Shown: in pieces, positions 14,601 to 28,501 of the stretch
How positions within the stretch are numbered: the stretch's first letter is position 1
Layout of the letters: every line of letters starts with the position of its first letter
Origin: Octopus sinensis
Lineage: Eukaryota
Reading direction: 5' to 3'
Assembly: GCF_006345805.1 (NCBI RefSeq)
Contig: NC_043021.1
Coordinates: 3,596,001 to 3,660,000 of the forward strand
Length of the DNA stretch: 64,000 nucleotides
Notes under the pieces: model-generated
Told to the model about the DNA's origin: nothing
The model's database searches: none
The model's input: the letters and a program-made list of their open reading frames with translations, nothing else
Position numbers and translations under genes: made by a program

Positions 14601-17600
14601 AAATAACTTTTAAAGTGATGATGAATATTACCCTTTGGAACCAATACTGCTACTAATAATTATTTTGTGGAAAACAAAATTTATTCAATAATTGTAGTGT
14701 TTCAATGAACTTTAATAATGAGATGAGAATTTGAACAGTATATTTACTGCTACCATCATCATCATCATCATTATGTTTGTTTTTTTCCATGTTGGCATGG
14801 GTTGGATGAGGCTTAATGAAGCAGTGTTCTACAGCAAGATGCTCTTCCTGTCACTGACCCTTATTTGCGTCTCAAGTAATATAATTTTGATCCCACTTGT
14901 CTTCACATGAAACCAATGAAATTGCCAAGCTACAGGATGTGGCATTGTAGCATAGGTGTGAGAGGCCAGATCTGGTCAGTTTGGGCATAATAGTTTGGCT
15001 TGAGGCGCAATGGCCCAGTGGTTAGGGCAGCGGACTTGCGGTCGTAGGATCGCGGTTTCGATTCCCAGACCGGGCGTTGTGAGTGTTTATTGAGCGAAAA
15101 CACCTAAAGCTCCACGATGCTCCGGCAGGGGGTGGTGGTGATCTCTGCTGTACTCTTTCACCACAACTTTCTCTCACTCTTACTTCCTGTTTCTGTTGTA
15201 CCTGTATTTCAAAGGGCCGGCCTTGTCACTCTCTGTGTCACGCTGAATATCCCCGAGAACTACGTTAAGGGTACACGTGTGTCTGTGGAGTGCTCAGCCA
15301 CTTGCACGTTAATTTCACGAGCAGGCTGTTCCGTTGATTCGGATCAACCGGAACCCTCGTCGTCATAACCGACGGAGTGCTTCCATCCAATAGTTTGGCT
15401 AGATATGGCCAGTTTAAATGCTACAGAATGTATTTTTCACAAGAGGGAGGGAGGGAGGTAGAGGGGGAGAGGGGAAGGAGAGAAGGGGGAGGGAGGAGGA
15501 GGGGAGAGACGGAGAGGAGAGAGAAACATTAAGACATCTGATGCCAAACGAATCGGCATTGGACCAGTGATGCCAAACAAGCGGTGCCAGAGTGGCTGAG
15601 GCCAAACGTCACACAACCCGGACAGATCGGAAACGGAAGCCCTGACTTACCTTGCAGTGAGAATTCCATGATATTCCTTCAGCTGAGCTATAAAAGCTTT
15701 GTTTGGTTTGATAACTCCTCTCTTTTCTTTCACGAAATCAAAGGCTTCCTTAAATGTACAGCAATCCTCTTTCATTTTGTAGGCAATGACCTGTTGTGAG
15801 AAGCAGAATCTTGTGATGCAATTGAGAGACTAACAGCAGAAAGAGTGAGAGAAAGCTGGTCGGTGTCTGGCATTTTGAGCAGAGACCAGCACCGGCGCAA
15901 CTGCATCTGTAAAATACACTGAATCAGTGAGAAGCTGGCAGAAATATTAGCAGGCTGGGCTCTGCCTTTCATCCTTTCAGCGTTGATAAAATAAATACCA
16001 GTTGAGTACTGGGGTCAACGTAATCGACTTGCCCCCTTCCTCGAAAATTGCTGGCTTTGTGCCAAAACTTGAAATCAATATTTCTAATAATAATATTGAT
16101 GGAGAACTGAGTGAAGCGTTTATAGCTTGAATCATTCCACAGAAAGTTGTAGTTATTGATTCACAATGAACAGCTTCCCAGGAGAAGCATTATGTAATTA
16201 AAAAGTGTTTCTTTAATTACCAGCTCAAAATATTAGTTTCAGATTTTGGCACAAGGACAGCAATTTAAGGGGTAGGGGAAAGTCAACCCACCCCGGACTC
16301 AACTGGTACTTATTTCATTGATGAAGGGCAAAGTTGACCTCAGCAGAATCTGAACTTGGAAAGTGAAGACGGACAAAATGCCGCTGTCCAGTTTGCCACC
16401 TTAGTAATGGAAACAGGTTTAGCAACTATCACTGTAGCAAGATTGAACACAGGATACTGGATGTTCAATGCTGCCATCTGCCTATGTCTATAGCGACAAG
16501 ATTATCCAGACACCAACACCAGCTCAAAATATTACCATAAACGTTTGCCTGCAGAAGGATGAACTCTGCCAGATTGATTCATGCCAGATACATCTTAGAG
16601 TGTTACCCTTATGAGGCAAGGCATTAAAGGACTCTTCTGAGTGATTGCATGGGTCTCTAGTTAAGAAACTTATTTTTCTCAATCACATTGTGCCAATGCA
16701 TGGCACCTCAGATAAGTGTCTTCGACAAAGTGTCTTCGACAAAGTGTCTTCGACAAAGTGTCTTCGACAAAGTGTCTTCGACAAAGTGTCTTCGACAAAG
16801 TGTCTTCGACAAAGTGTCTTCGACAAAGTGTCTTCGACAAAGTGTCTTCGACAAAGTGTCTTCGACAAAGTGTCTTCGACAAAGTGTCTTCGACAAAGTG
16901 TCTTCGACAAAGTGTCTTCGACAAAGTGTCTTCGACAAAGTGTCTTCGACAAAGTGTCTTCGACAAAGTGTCTTCGACAAAGTGTCTTCGACAAAGTGTC
17001 TTCGATAAAGCCTTGTGATTGGAACTGGTGGACTGAAACTTAAAGAAGTTCATCATGTTGTGTGTGTGTGTGTGCACGTGCGCATGTGTGTGTATGCATG
17101 TTCTCATCGTCTTAACTGCAAGAGCAGCTCTGCAGAAACCTCTGCAGTAGCTCAGCCAATGTTTTACAGCTAAGAGAATTGTACAAGTGGTTGTGCAAGT
17201 GTGGCTGTGTGGTAAGAAGCTTGCTTCCCAACCACATGGTTCCAGGTTCAAGTCCCACTGCATGGCACCTTAGGCAAGTGTCTTCTACTATAGCCTTGGA
17301 TTGACCAAAGCCTTGTGAGTGGATCTGGGAGATGGAAACTGAAAGAAGCCCATTATATACATGTGTGTGTTTGTGTGCATGTCTGTGTTTATCCTTCACC
17401 AATGCTTGACAACCGGTGTTGGTGTGTTTATGTTTCCATAACTTAGCAGTTCGGCAAAAGAGTCTGACACAAAAAGTACCAGGCTTTAAAAAAAACCCCA
17501 AAAAACAAACAAAGAAGTACTGAGGTCAATTTATTTGACTAAAAATTCTTGAAGGCAATGCTCCAGCAAGGCCACAGTCTAATGAACTGAAACAAGAAAT

Positions 17601-20600
17601 AAAAGATGTTTGTTGAAAGACTTTTACTTACAGTTGAAGCAGATCGGCTGATGCCCATCTTACAATGAACAAGAACTTTACCATTGTCTTCCCTGGAAAA
17701 AAGTTAAAAAATGTGTTTATAATAATCGTTTCTACAAGCCTGAAATTTGGGGGAAGGGGACTAGCCAATCATATTGATCCCAGTGTTTCATTGATACTTA
17801 ATTTATTGACCCCGAAAGGACGAAAGGCAAAGTCAACCTTGGCAGAATTTGAACTCAGAACATAGCAGCAGGTGAAATACATCATCATCATCATCATCGT
17901 TTAGCGTCCGTTCTCCATGCTAGCATGGGTTGGACGGTTCAACTGGGGTCTGTGAAGCCCGAAGGCTGCACCAGGCCCAGTCTGATCTGGCAGTGTTTCT
18001 ACGGCTGGATGCCCTTCCTAACGATAACCACTCCGCGAGTGTAGTGGGTGCTTTTTACGTGCCACCCACCGACAAGAAGCATCAGGAAGCTGCAACAACA
18101 AGCACTTGAACGGAGCATCTTCAACACAAAACTAATGATTCTGCCAGCTCACTACCTTAAGCGTATATGTAATAATAACGATTCCTCACACAGATACATA
18201 CCTGCAAATACGGAGAGCAATGAGTTATACTCAATTAAATATAAACCAAACTGTGGAAAATATTTTATCACACTGAGATATTAGTTTCAAATTTCTGCCT
18301 TGAAACAAATATTGGTTTCGAATTTTGGTACAAGGCCAGCAATTTTAGGGAAGGGTAAATCGATTTCATTCACCCCAGTGTTCAACTGGTACTTATTTCA
18401 TTCACCTTGAAAGGATGAAAGGTAAAGTCGACCTTGGTGGAATTTGAACTCGGATCATAAAGACAGACAAAATGCTACTAAGCAGTTTGTCAAGCATGCT
18501 AACAATTCTGCCAGCTTGCCACCTTAAAACAGAAAATTATATTAATAATATATATAAAAGAGAGGTTGTGTGTCTGTCTCCTACGATTTAGATTCCTAAC
18601 TACTCCCACATTTTGCGGTGCAGTTTAACCAAAAGCGGGTATCTTATAGTCGTGATTCATATCGAGCCCTTCTGGGTATTAGCGCGCGTCTACGATGAGT
18701 CTATGATTTAAAAAAAAATTTACCATAATTTTTTTCCATTTTAATGCATTTTTTCGCTATTATATAAGGGAAGTAACTCTCTAAAAATGTCTACGATGAG
18801 TCAACGATTTAAAAAAAAATTTACCATCATTTTTTTCCATTTTAATGCATTTTTTTGCTATTTTTTTGGCTATAACTCTCTAAAAATGCTTATATAGTTA
18901 TTTCCCGAGCAACGCCGGGCGATACTGCTAGTTAATAATAAAGAAGAAAGGCTAGAGACAGAAAATGGATAAACAAAGCAATGGACTTACTTTGTTTTCC
19001 TAATGAATTCATGAGTTCGCTTCCAGTGTTTCATGAGGTCTGTGAATTCGTTATCAAACTCTCGCACGTTCATATATTCAAATTTCTCAGGGAAGAAATT
19101 GTCTATTTCTCGAGAGATGTTGAGAATACTTGTAACACTGTAAAAGAGACAAACACGAAAAATATGTTTTTTTAAAAATGAAAATAAATTTTTTTGTCAA
19201 GTGATGGTGTTAAGTAATTAGATTGCTTGTCACCCTAAACCTGCTCTGATTTAACAAAGAGGAGGTTTCGAACTTTGAAAGGTTGAAGAGAAACAGGAAA
19301 ATTTGAATATTTGAAAATTGCGGATTTTTGTCAGTGAACAGGTCGCGGATTTTAGCAACGAAAATATTTTGACAAATTAAACTTAAATGTTGAAGTGAAT
19401 CGAACGGCTTTTGTGTGTTTCTTAAATGGCTCACAAACACCTTCCACGCTGCAATTGTTTTCGTTCCAGCACACGATCTCAGATCAAGTCACTTGCTATG
19501 CAAGAACATCTCCGAATATTTCTTTGAAACTTAGTTTAAGTACAAAAAAAAAAAAAAAAGAAAAAAAAAATGATATGATGATGGTCATTGTCACCACGAA
19601 ACAACATAAATATATCACAATCTGAGGGCTCTTCTATGTGGTTGCTCGATCTGCTAGAAATAATTACCAAACATTGTCCTCTCTAGCTCAGCAGCTGTTT
19701 ACCGGCAACAATTTTAGTGGAACATTAACAACATTAAGTTCACTGACCTTGGAGGATTTGCTGAGGTCATGGTCATTCCCTTTCCCCCAGATTCAGAAAG
19801 TTAAATAAAAAAAAAAAATAACAGCACAGGCATGGCTATGTGGTTGAGAAGCTTACTTCCTATGCATGTCGGCTTGGGTTCAGTCCCACTGCATGGTACC
19901 TCAGGCAAGGGTCTTCTAATATAGCCTTGGACCAACAAAAACCCTTGTGAGTGGATTTGGTAGATGGAAACTAGAAGAAGCCTGTTGCATGTGTGCATCC
20001 ATGTGAGTGTACCCATGTCTCAACCTCATCATAACTTAATGTCTGCTTTCCATGCTGGCATGGGTTGGGATGGTTTGACATGGAGCTGACCAGCTGGGAG
20101 CTGTCCTGACCCCAACTATCTATTGAGGCACGGTTTCTACGGCTGGATGCCTTTCCTATTACCAACCATCTAACAGAGTGTGCAGAGTGCTTTTTAAGTG
20201 GCACCAGTGCCTGACAGGACAGGCCTGTATGTGTGGAAGACAACGATTTTACCTAGCTTGGTGCATCTTATCAAGTTCAGCAAATTGCCACATCTCCTAG
20301 TCTCTTGACATTTGATGATGGTAATTGAGCATCACCCTCTCAAACACATGGGGCCGTTCATTTCCAGTCTTCCCCGAAAAACATGTCTGGTTTTGGGGAA
20401 ATAATAACTTGCTTGGAAACAAGTAAGGGTTTACAGACAGGAAAGGCAACCATAGAAAATCTGCCTCAACCAATTTCACCTAAATGAAGCAAGCATGGAA
20501 AAGTGGATGTTAAATGATGATGACGATTAATTAGTGTTGGCAAATCACTAAAATAACGAGGCTTCAGCTGCAAAAAAAAAAAAAAAAAAAAAGAGAGAGA

Positions 20601-23600
20601 AAAAAAAAATCCCCTAAAACTCACCCATTTTCCTCTAATTCCTCATAGTTGGATGCATTCCACTCAGAGCCAAGATAAAGAAATGGGAATATTTCTGTTG
20701 GTGCATCCATCTGACGGAGTATGCGGATTGTTTCTGCATCGATAAAACTTTTGTACTCTTTCAATGATCTATTGAATGACTCCTCCAGCATATTACGGAG
20801 CTAAAACAAACGAGTTAATTATTTAATAATAAAACGAATTAATAATAAAGAACACTGTAAAAGAAAAAAATTTCTTTTTTTTTTTTTTGGTCTTTGGTCA
20901 GTAAGTGTTATTTTCTATTTGCTTCTATCTAGAAATCAAAGGAAATCACTACAACCCACTTCAAACTTTGCTTTTCTGAACTGGACATCAATGTCTTGAA
21001 ACTGACCAATTTTCCATTACATCTCAGACAGATTCATCACTGAGTTGCTGAAGCAGAAATATCATTATAGCAAATATTCTGTTCAATACCACAGATCTGC
21101 AGGGCAGTTGCTGGACCTTAACCACTTGAGCATGCCCTTTAGTGGTTGACAATATGTGCGTCTCTGATGATGAGCAAGAATAGTGGGGGAGCATCATAGC
21201 CATGTGTTGAGAGGACTCTTTAGGGTTTGAATAAATGTAACAAAATCCAAGTTTGAAGGAAATATTATCCATTTTTCTATACTTTCTAGGGATAAGCAAA
21301 TAGGAAATACCAATTACTACTCAAGGACAAAAATCATGTTGCACAGTGAAATCATCATTATTTCTGGATTCTTCATTTTAACAGAGATTTCACTGCAATT
21401 TCTTTAGGTTTGTGTTTGTCCCTCACTACAGCTTGACAATTGGTGTTGGTGTGTTTATATTGCTATAACTTAGCAGTTTGGCAAAAGAGACCAATAGAAT
21501 AAGCACCCGGCTTTATAAAAAATACTGGGCCAATTTATTTTGGTGTGGACCCCCAAAATTTTATATGGACCCCAATTGAGGACCACTGAGCTAAACAAAC
21601 ACCACCACCATGAATAATTATTTCACAGGTTTTCTTCATTTTACACACACACGCACACACAAAGCAGTCCATAATTTGTGCACAGACTTTCAAATCTGGG
21701 TCTTACCTCTTTACAGGTTGTCTCTTCTAGATCCTTTGACATCATTATTTCTTTCAACTTGACACTGATTTTGGTCTTCATGCCCTCTGGGTCAAGTCTA
21801 CAACAGAAAGGAATGACAGGCATTTTGATTGATAGATTGAACAACGATGGACAAGTGGATTCTACAAGCAGCGGACAGTTCTAGTTCAACAAAATATTTG
21901 GGTTTGTTTGTAAAAGGCTTAAATTAAATTTGTTCATCTGTCATAATAATAATAATAATAATAAAAACATTGTGTACAGTGCTCAGGTGCACTACAACTC
22001 ATCTAAAGTGTATATATAATCAGGTGTAGTTTCGGCGGATTTCGGAAAGCATGAGGGCCTTAAAGGATGCAGTGTCATGGCAGTCAACAACTGACGCAGG
22101 CAGTTTATTCCATGCTTCAGCAACTCTGAGCGTGAAAAAATGTTTCTGAAAGTCATGGGAGCTGTGTTGTTTTCTGACTTTGTAGGCATGTCCACGTGTG
22201 TTGGACACATGGAGATCAAAAAGGTGAAGCATTCATTCAATTATGTTTGTATACAACAACAATAATGAAATGAATCTTGAGTTGAAGGTGAAGTAACACA
22301 GATACGTGACCCTGAAGACTGAACGGTTGAATGTTCAGAAACTAAACCAACTTTTCTTATCCGACTCAGTTTACTCTTATTCTTTTACTCTTTTACTTGT
22401 TTCAGTCATTTGACTGCGTCCATGCTGGAGCACCGCCTTTAATCGAGCAACTCGACCCTGGGACTTATTCTTTGTAAGCCCAGTACTTATTCTATCGGTC
22501 TCTTTTGCCGAACCGCCAAGTGACGGGGACATAAACACACCAGCATCGGTTGTCAAGCAATGCTAGGGGGGGACAAACACAGACACACAAACACACAAAC
22601 GCACACATATATATATATATACGACGGGCTTCTTTCAGTTTCCGTCTACCAAATCCATTCACAAGGCTTTGGTCGGCCCGAGGCTATAGTAGAAGACACT
22701 TGCCCAAGGTGCCACACAGTGGGACTGAACCCGGAACCATGTGGTTGGTTAGCAAGCTACTTACCACACAGCCACTCCTGCGCCTATCTTTACTGAGCAA
22801 AGAAGAGGATTAAAAATAAAACCCATCAAAGGGAAGAAGAACTCACTAAGAAGTCATGGCCACCAGGTCAGCTAGCGATTGAAACAAGAACATTGCCACA
22901 AAGCTGCATCATAGTGGTGTCAGACGTGGCATGCAGGCCATCACGTAACTTGTTTGACATGCGCATTGCATTTTTATTCTTCTCTTCTCTTTTATGAATC
23001 CAGTGTGCGCATGCACGTTGTGCGTTCATCCTTCTCTTTTAGGTTCCTACTCAAACCTGTTTACAGATCACAACCGTCTCATCAACCTGCGGTTGTGAAG
23101 AGTGCTTTGTGCTCCGATGGTTATAAAAAGATATACATTGCTGTGTATCTACAGCCTCCTTAGACTATGGCTTAAAGAACATCACACATCATCATCATCA
23201 TTTAGCATCCACTTTCCATGCTGGCATGGGTTGGATGGTATAAGCAGAGATGGCAAGCAGAGGAGCTGCACCCGATTCCAGTCTGATTTGGCTTGGTTTC
23301 TTCAGCTGGATGCTCTTCCTAACGCTAACCACTCCGAGAGTGTAGTAACAATGATGAACAGCATGAAACCGATTTTCTAAGCTTAATGGGTTCTCACCAG
23401 GTGGTGTTTTACATCAAGTGACCGAATAACTGACAAAAAGCTCAGAACAGGATGGAGAGACGAGAAAGACAAGCAGGCATCTCTATATATATAAACGGCA
23501 AAATGTGTGTGTGTGTGTGTGCGTGTCCTTTATACAAATCCACAATTTTTCAGTTAGAGGGCTCGCACTTTCTATGGTCATTCAAAACTGTCCAAGGGTG

Positions 23601-24386
23601 GTTGTGCACATCTTTACATTACCCCAGTCACCCTGCAAAGCCATTAAAAAATCAATAGATGTGACTTTTTTGTGAATTTTCTATCCAAAACCCAATCAAA
23701 ATGCCCAAAACTTGATACACCAATTGAATGCCAGTTAGCTGTATGTGATTGGCCGGAGATTTGGACAGTACTCGCGTGTATGTGTGCACACACGCAGCTG
23801 TATATACATGCACTAGCACTATGACCCGGCAACGCGTTGCCGGGTCATAGTGCTAGTATAGCATAATATGCTGGAAGACAGAATAGAGCAGAGCAAGGTG
23901 GAGAGATGGAAATGACGAAACTGAAAGCTAGAAATAACTTACTCCGGCTTCTCTGTTGAATAAGGTGAGTCAGCTGCAAAGGATTCAATGTCATCCATTT
24001 TGTTCCTGAAGGGGAAAACGGAAGAACTTTATGACAACCAAGTGATAAACAGGTCACCAAAAATCCCCAATAATAATAATAATAATAATAATAATAGATG
24101 TATACAATACAAAATAGCCCAACTATGGATAATGAAGAAGGTGAAGATAGTGCCAATTATCGTTGGGTCCTTGGGAACAGTATCAGAAGGCATCAAGAGG
24201 AATATAAAGGAAATTGGAATAAAGTGCCCAGTAGAACTGTTACAAAAGGCCTGCCTCCTTCACACTACCAGAATAATCAGGAGAGTATTAGACACTTAAA
24301 AAGAATAGATAGTATGGTACCAGAGGCTGCAGGCAGCAAGCCTGCTATGCATGCAAAACTCCAAAAGTTCCAACAAAACCAGAGTT

Positions 24387-24424
<38 letters not shown>

Positions 24425-26680
24425 GATGTATACAATACAAAACAGCCCAACTGATAATGAAGAAGGTGAAGATAGTGCCAATTATTGTTGGGTCCTTGGG
24501 AAGAGTATCAGAAGGCATCAAGAGGAATATAAAGGAAATTAATATATGTTGCAGATGAAGAAACATCCATCATACACACAAGACACAGTTACGCAGTCAA
24601 GCAATAACAACATAGAAACAAATTAGGCGGTGAGAAGGAAGCCGTGTAAGTGAACGACTACATTAGTTTGGTAAGAACAGGAGACAACTCCAGACAGCAA
24701 AAGATACTCTTTGCTAAAGACATCTAATGAGGCCAGGAGTTGTTTCCCATAATTGTCTAAATAATTCAAGAAAAAGGAGATAAGCAGAAGTGGTGGTGGT
24801 GATGGTGCCATTAATAAACGGTTGGCAGAGACCATTGAGGACAAAACAGGATGATGCAATGGGGTATAATATGAAAGAGTGTACGAAATGGAGAATAACA
24901 GTAACAAACAGTAAATTCCAAACAATTAATAATTCCTAAAAAGTATGAAACATCCTTGTGGAAACACCACAGAGCTGTGGTCACAAGACATAATCATGTA
25001 AGTACCTATTTCTTTATTGCCCACAAGGGGCTAAACATAGAGGGGACAAACAAGGACAGACAAATGGATTAAGTCGATTACATCGACCCCAGTGCGTAAC
25101 TGGTACTTTATTTAATCGACCCTGAAAGGATGAAAGGCAAAGTCGACCTCGGCGGAATTTGAACTCAGAACGTAGCGGCGGACGAGATACCGCTTAGCAT
25201 TTCGCCCGACGTGCTAACGATTCTGCCAGCTCGCCGCCTTCCTCATTGTCCTTCTTCGGTCGACAGGTGCATGCTCTGTGAAGGCCCATTCACTCACACC
25301 ATGAAAAAGAGAGAGATAAAGGAATCTATTACTTACCATTCCTTTATACATGAGAGATCAGACGTAATTCTAGCCTTGTAATATCCAACCCATGTGTGGG
25401 TGAGGCCTTTGGGGATATAGTTGTGAACATTGGCTGTGTTGATAACTTTGTGTAAACTTTGCAGAGCTGACCTGGAACAAAACAGAGAGATAAGTTTAAA
25501 GACATCTGTGGTGGTGAGTTACTGTCCTTTAAAAGTATCCAGCTATTAGAATAAGACTATTAAGGGCCCTATTCAAAGACCCCTTCGAGTGAACTGTATG
25601 AAAAAGATGTGATTTGAGTAAAGCTAATCTATAAGAATAAATGTGAAATTCTGTCTGTTCGTCCATCAAGGATCTCTGTATCTCAGTCAACATTTGCTCT
25701 ACATAGACATATTGTACCTTTTTGGGATCAGGATGATCCTGGGATTGAAAATCTGGCCCTCATTTGGTTCAGCATTGGGATCAGGTTTGGATGAAGATTA
25801 GTTATATGCCGACAGTTGAAAATTCAGATTTGAAAAGAACTCGAAAAGTGGCAGGACATTGCCAAAGAAGTGTGATTTGATAGTGGGGAGGAGAAATGCA
25901 GTGAGTGGTGAAAACCTGGGTATATAAAGTAGGGTAGGGGAGGTCTACCGGATAGCAATGATACAGAGAAACAGGGTAGTGAGGACAGGATTGAGGAATG
26001 GGAGGTAAGCATAGTGTATGATGGAGGAAATGTGAGGAAGAGATGTAGTTTGGTTTGTTGGGGTAGGCTGTGGTGAAAAGTTTTCTTGTTATGTGTAGGT
26101 GGAACGCTGTTTCTAGAACTCAGTTTCGCTGACATGGGTGGGTCTTCTCAAGAACTTGATAAAGTACCTGTCCAGGTGCTGGGATCAACTTTTGCTTTTT
26201 CTCTCTCTCTCTCTCTCAAATCAGTTTTCCTTAGACCTAGATAGAGATGGGTTGTACCAGGTTTAAAGCATGTTAGTCACGGCAGTGCCTCTACAACTCC
26301 ATTAGGCACTGACACCCAAGGATTTATTTGTTAAGCTTAGTACTTATTCTATTGGTCTCTTTGCTGAATGACTAAGTTACAGGGATGTAAACACACCAAC
26401 ACCAGTTGTCAAGCAGTGGTGGAGGGGCATACACAGACACAGTGACACACACATAAATATATATATATATATACTCTTTTACTTGTTTCAGTCATTTGAC
26501 TGTGGCCATGCTGGAGCACCGCCTTTAGTCGAGCAAAATCGACCCCGGGACTTATTCTTTGTAAGCCTAGTACTTATTCTATTGGTCTCTTTTGCCAAAC
26601 CGCTAAGTGACGGGGACGTAAACACACCAGCATCGGTTGTCAAGCAATGCTAGGGGGACAACACACACACACAAACATAT

Positions 26681-26739
<59 letters not shown>

Positions 26740-28451
26740 CATATATACACATATACGACAGGCTTCTTTCAGTTTCCATCTACCAAATCCACTCACAAGG
26801 CATTGGTCGGCCCGAGGCTATAGCAGAAGACACTTGCCCAAGATGCCACGCAGTGGGACTGAACCCGGAACCATGTGGTTGGTAAGCAAGCTACTTACAA
26901 CACAGCCACTCCTGCGCCTATATATATATATATATATTGAGAGAAAACTTCAGTATAAGAGGAATCAAATGTAGCCTACAAGAAAGAAGACACTGTTGGT
27001 TTGGACGTGTGATGCATATGAACGAGGACAGCTGCATAAAGAAGTGCTGATTGCTGAAAGTGAATGGCACCCATAGAAGAGGGAAGCCTAGGAAGACATG
27101 GGACGAAGTGGTAAGGACTCATGTCAGGATGTTGGGTCTTCCATAAACAGCCTTGACCAGACTTGTGCCTCAGAGGGTAACTTTCTATGTGTAATCCTAT
27201 GGTCATTCATGACCGGAGGGGGTCTTTACCCATTTTTACCCTATCTTGTGGCTTCAGGGCTTTGATGATGTGATTGCATATTTTTAGAATGACATTGTAG
27301 GGGAGGTGTGAGAGGTTGGATCAGGTCAGTTTTAGCATAAATCACATAGAATATTAGGGCTAGTTATGGCTGGACTAAATGCTAAAGGGTTAATTAATAC
27401 ATTTTAATGTCTCTCTATATTGCAATGTTCCATTATCTTCTTTCCTTGTGAGCATTGATGTGTGAATGTGTGTGAATGTGTGTCAGATGGTACAGCTGTG
27501 AAACAAAACCCTTCACCAAAACAGGTTCAGTGCCTAGTCTACTGTGCCAAATCCTCAGTATTCGCACAGCCATGCCCAGTCCTCGTTTCTAACGCACTGC
27601 CTTGCCTTATATTAATAAGATATCTGGGTAAATAAGTTGTGTTACAATGGAATTTGGAGCTCAAGTAAGAATTACTTTTTGTCTTGGTACTTGTTGGTAA
27701 ATGAAACTGAAATTTCACAGGAATGAGTGCTTCTTGGAACTTCCGTGTGCAGAGGATCTGGTTTTCTTTGCAGATCCAATTGAAGAACTGCAAGAGAAGT
27801 GTGAAAAACACAAATGTTTGAAGGTGAAAATGTTGAAGCCAAGATGATAATTAGCACTCTTGACCTTCAGGGGTCAACAGGTAAGTGACCCCGTAGTAAG
27901 AGGATAAGCATACAGCGACTGAGATTTAGAAAGTAAGGGAACCTCTGTGTGTGTGTGTGTGCACGCACATGTATGAGTGCAGGAAAGATGTGATGAGACC
28001 TCCAAGGAGCAAAAAATGCATTCACATTTCAAGTGTTAAAAAATGCAGCTGGTGCAACTGCACAATCAGCAGATATGTGTGCACAGCTGTGGCAGTGAGT
28101 TTGCTTCCCAGCAACACTGCTTTGTGTTCAGGTAAAACAGCATATGGCACTTTGGGAAAGTGTCTTCTACTATAACCCTGGGCCTACCAAAGCCTTATGA
28201 GTGGATCTAGCAAACAGGAACTGAAAGAAGCCTAATGCATATAAATATCACATATCTATCTGTATCTATATCTATCTATCTATCTGTCTATATCTATCTA
28301 TCTATATCTATCTATCTATCTATCTATCTATCTGTCTGTCTGTCTATCTATCTCTCTCTATTTATCTGTCTGTCTAGCTATCTATCTATACACACACATA
28401 TATACATACACATATATATTTACATATATACACATATTTTTACACATACAA

Positions 28452-28501
<50 letters not shown>

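Noticed and set aside
15003-15075. SINE heads as tRNA genes (also about 55130 and 62120, and family A heads)
   Set aside because: A and B boxes are present, but the cloverleaf is incomplete and each continues into a repeated body with TSDs
15525-15960. Base-pairing between the introns flanking exon 15651-15790 as an editing or skipping structure
   Set aside because: Only 7-8 bp complementarities found, which is expected by chance
16219-16534. 17-bp direct repeat ACCAGCTCAAAATATTA as a TSD
   Set aside because: The second copy is about 110 bp beyond the SINE end, so it does not delimit a clear element
16716-17009. CRISPR-like array or repeat-protein ORFs
   Set aside because: Units are contiguous with no spacers, there are no cas genes, the context is eukaryotic, and the ORFs arise from a stop-free 14-mer
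22305-22375. Second hammerhead-like string CTGAAGA-c-TGAAC...GTTCA-GAAA
   Set aside because: Stem II is good, but there is no credible stem III, cleavage triplet or stem I
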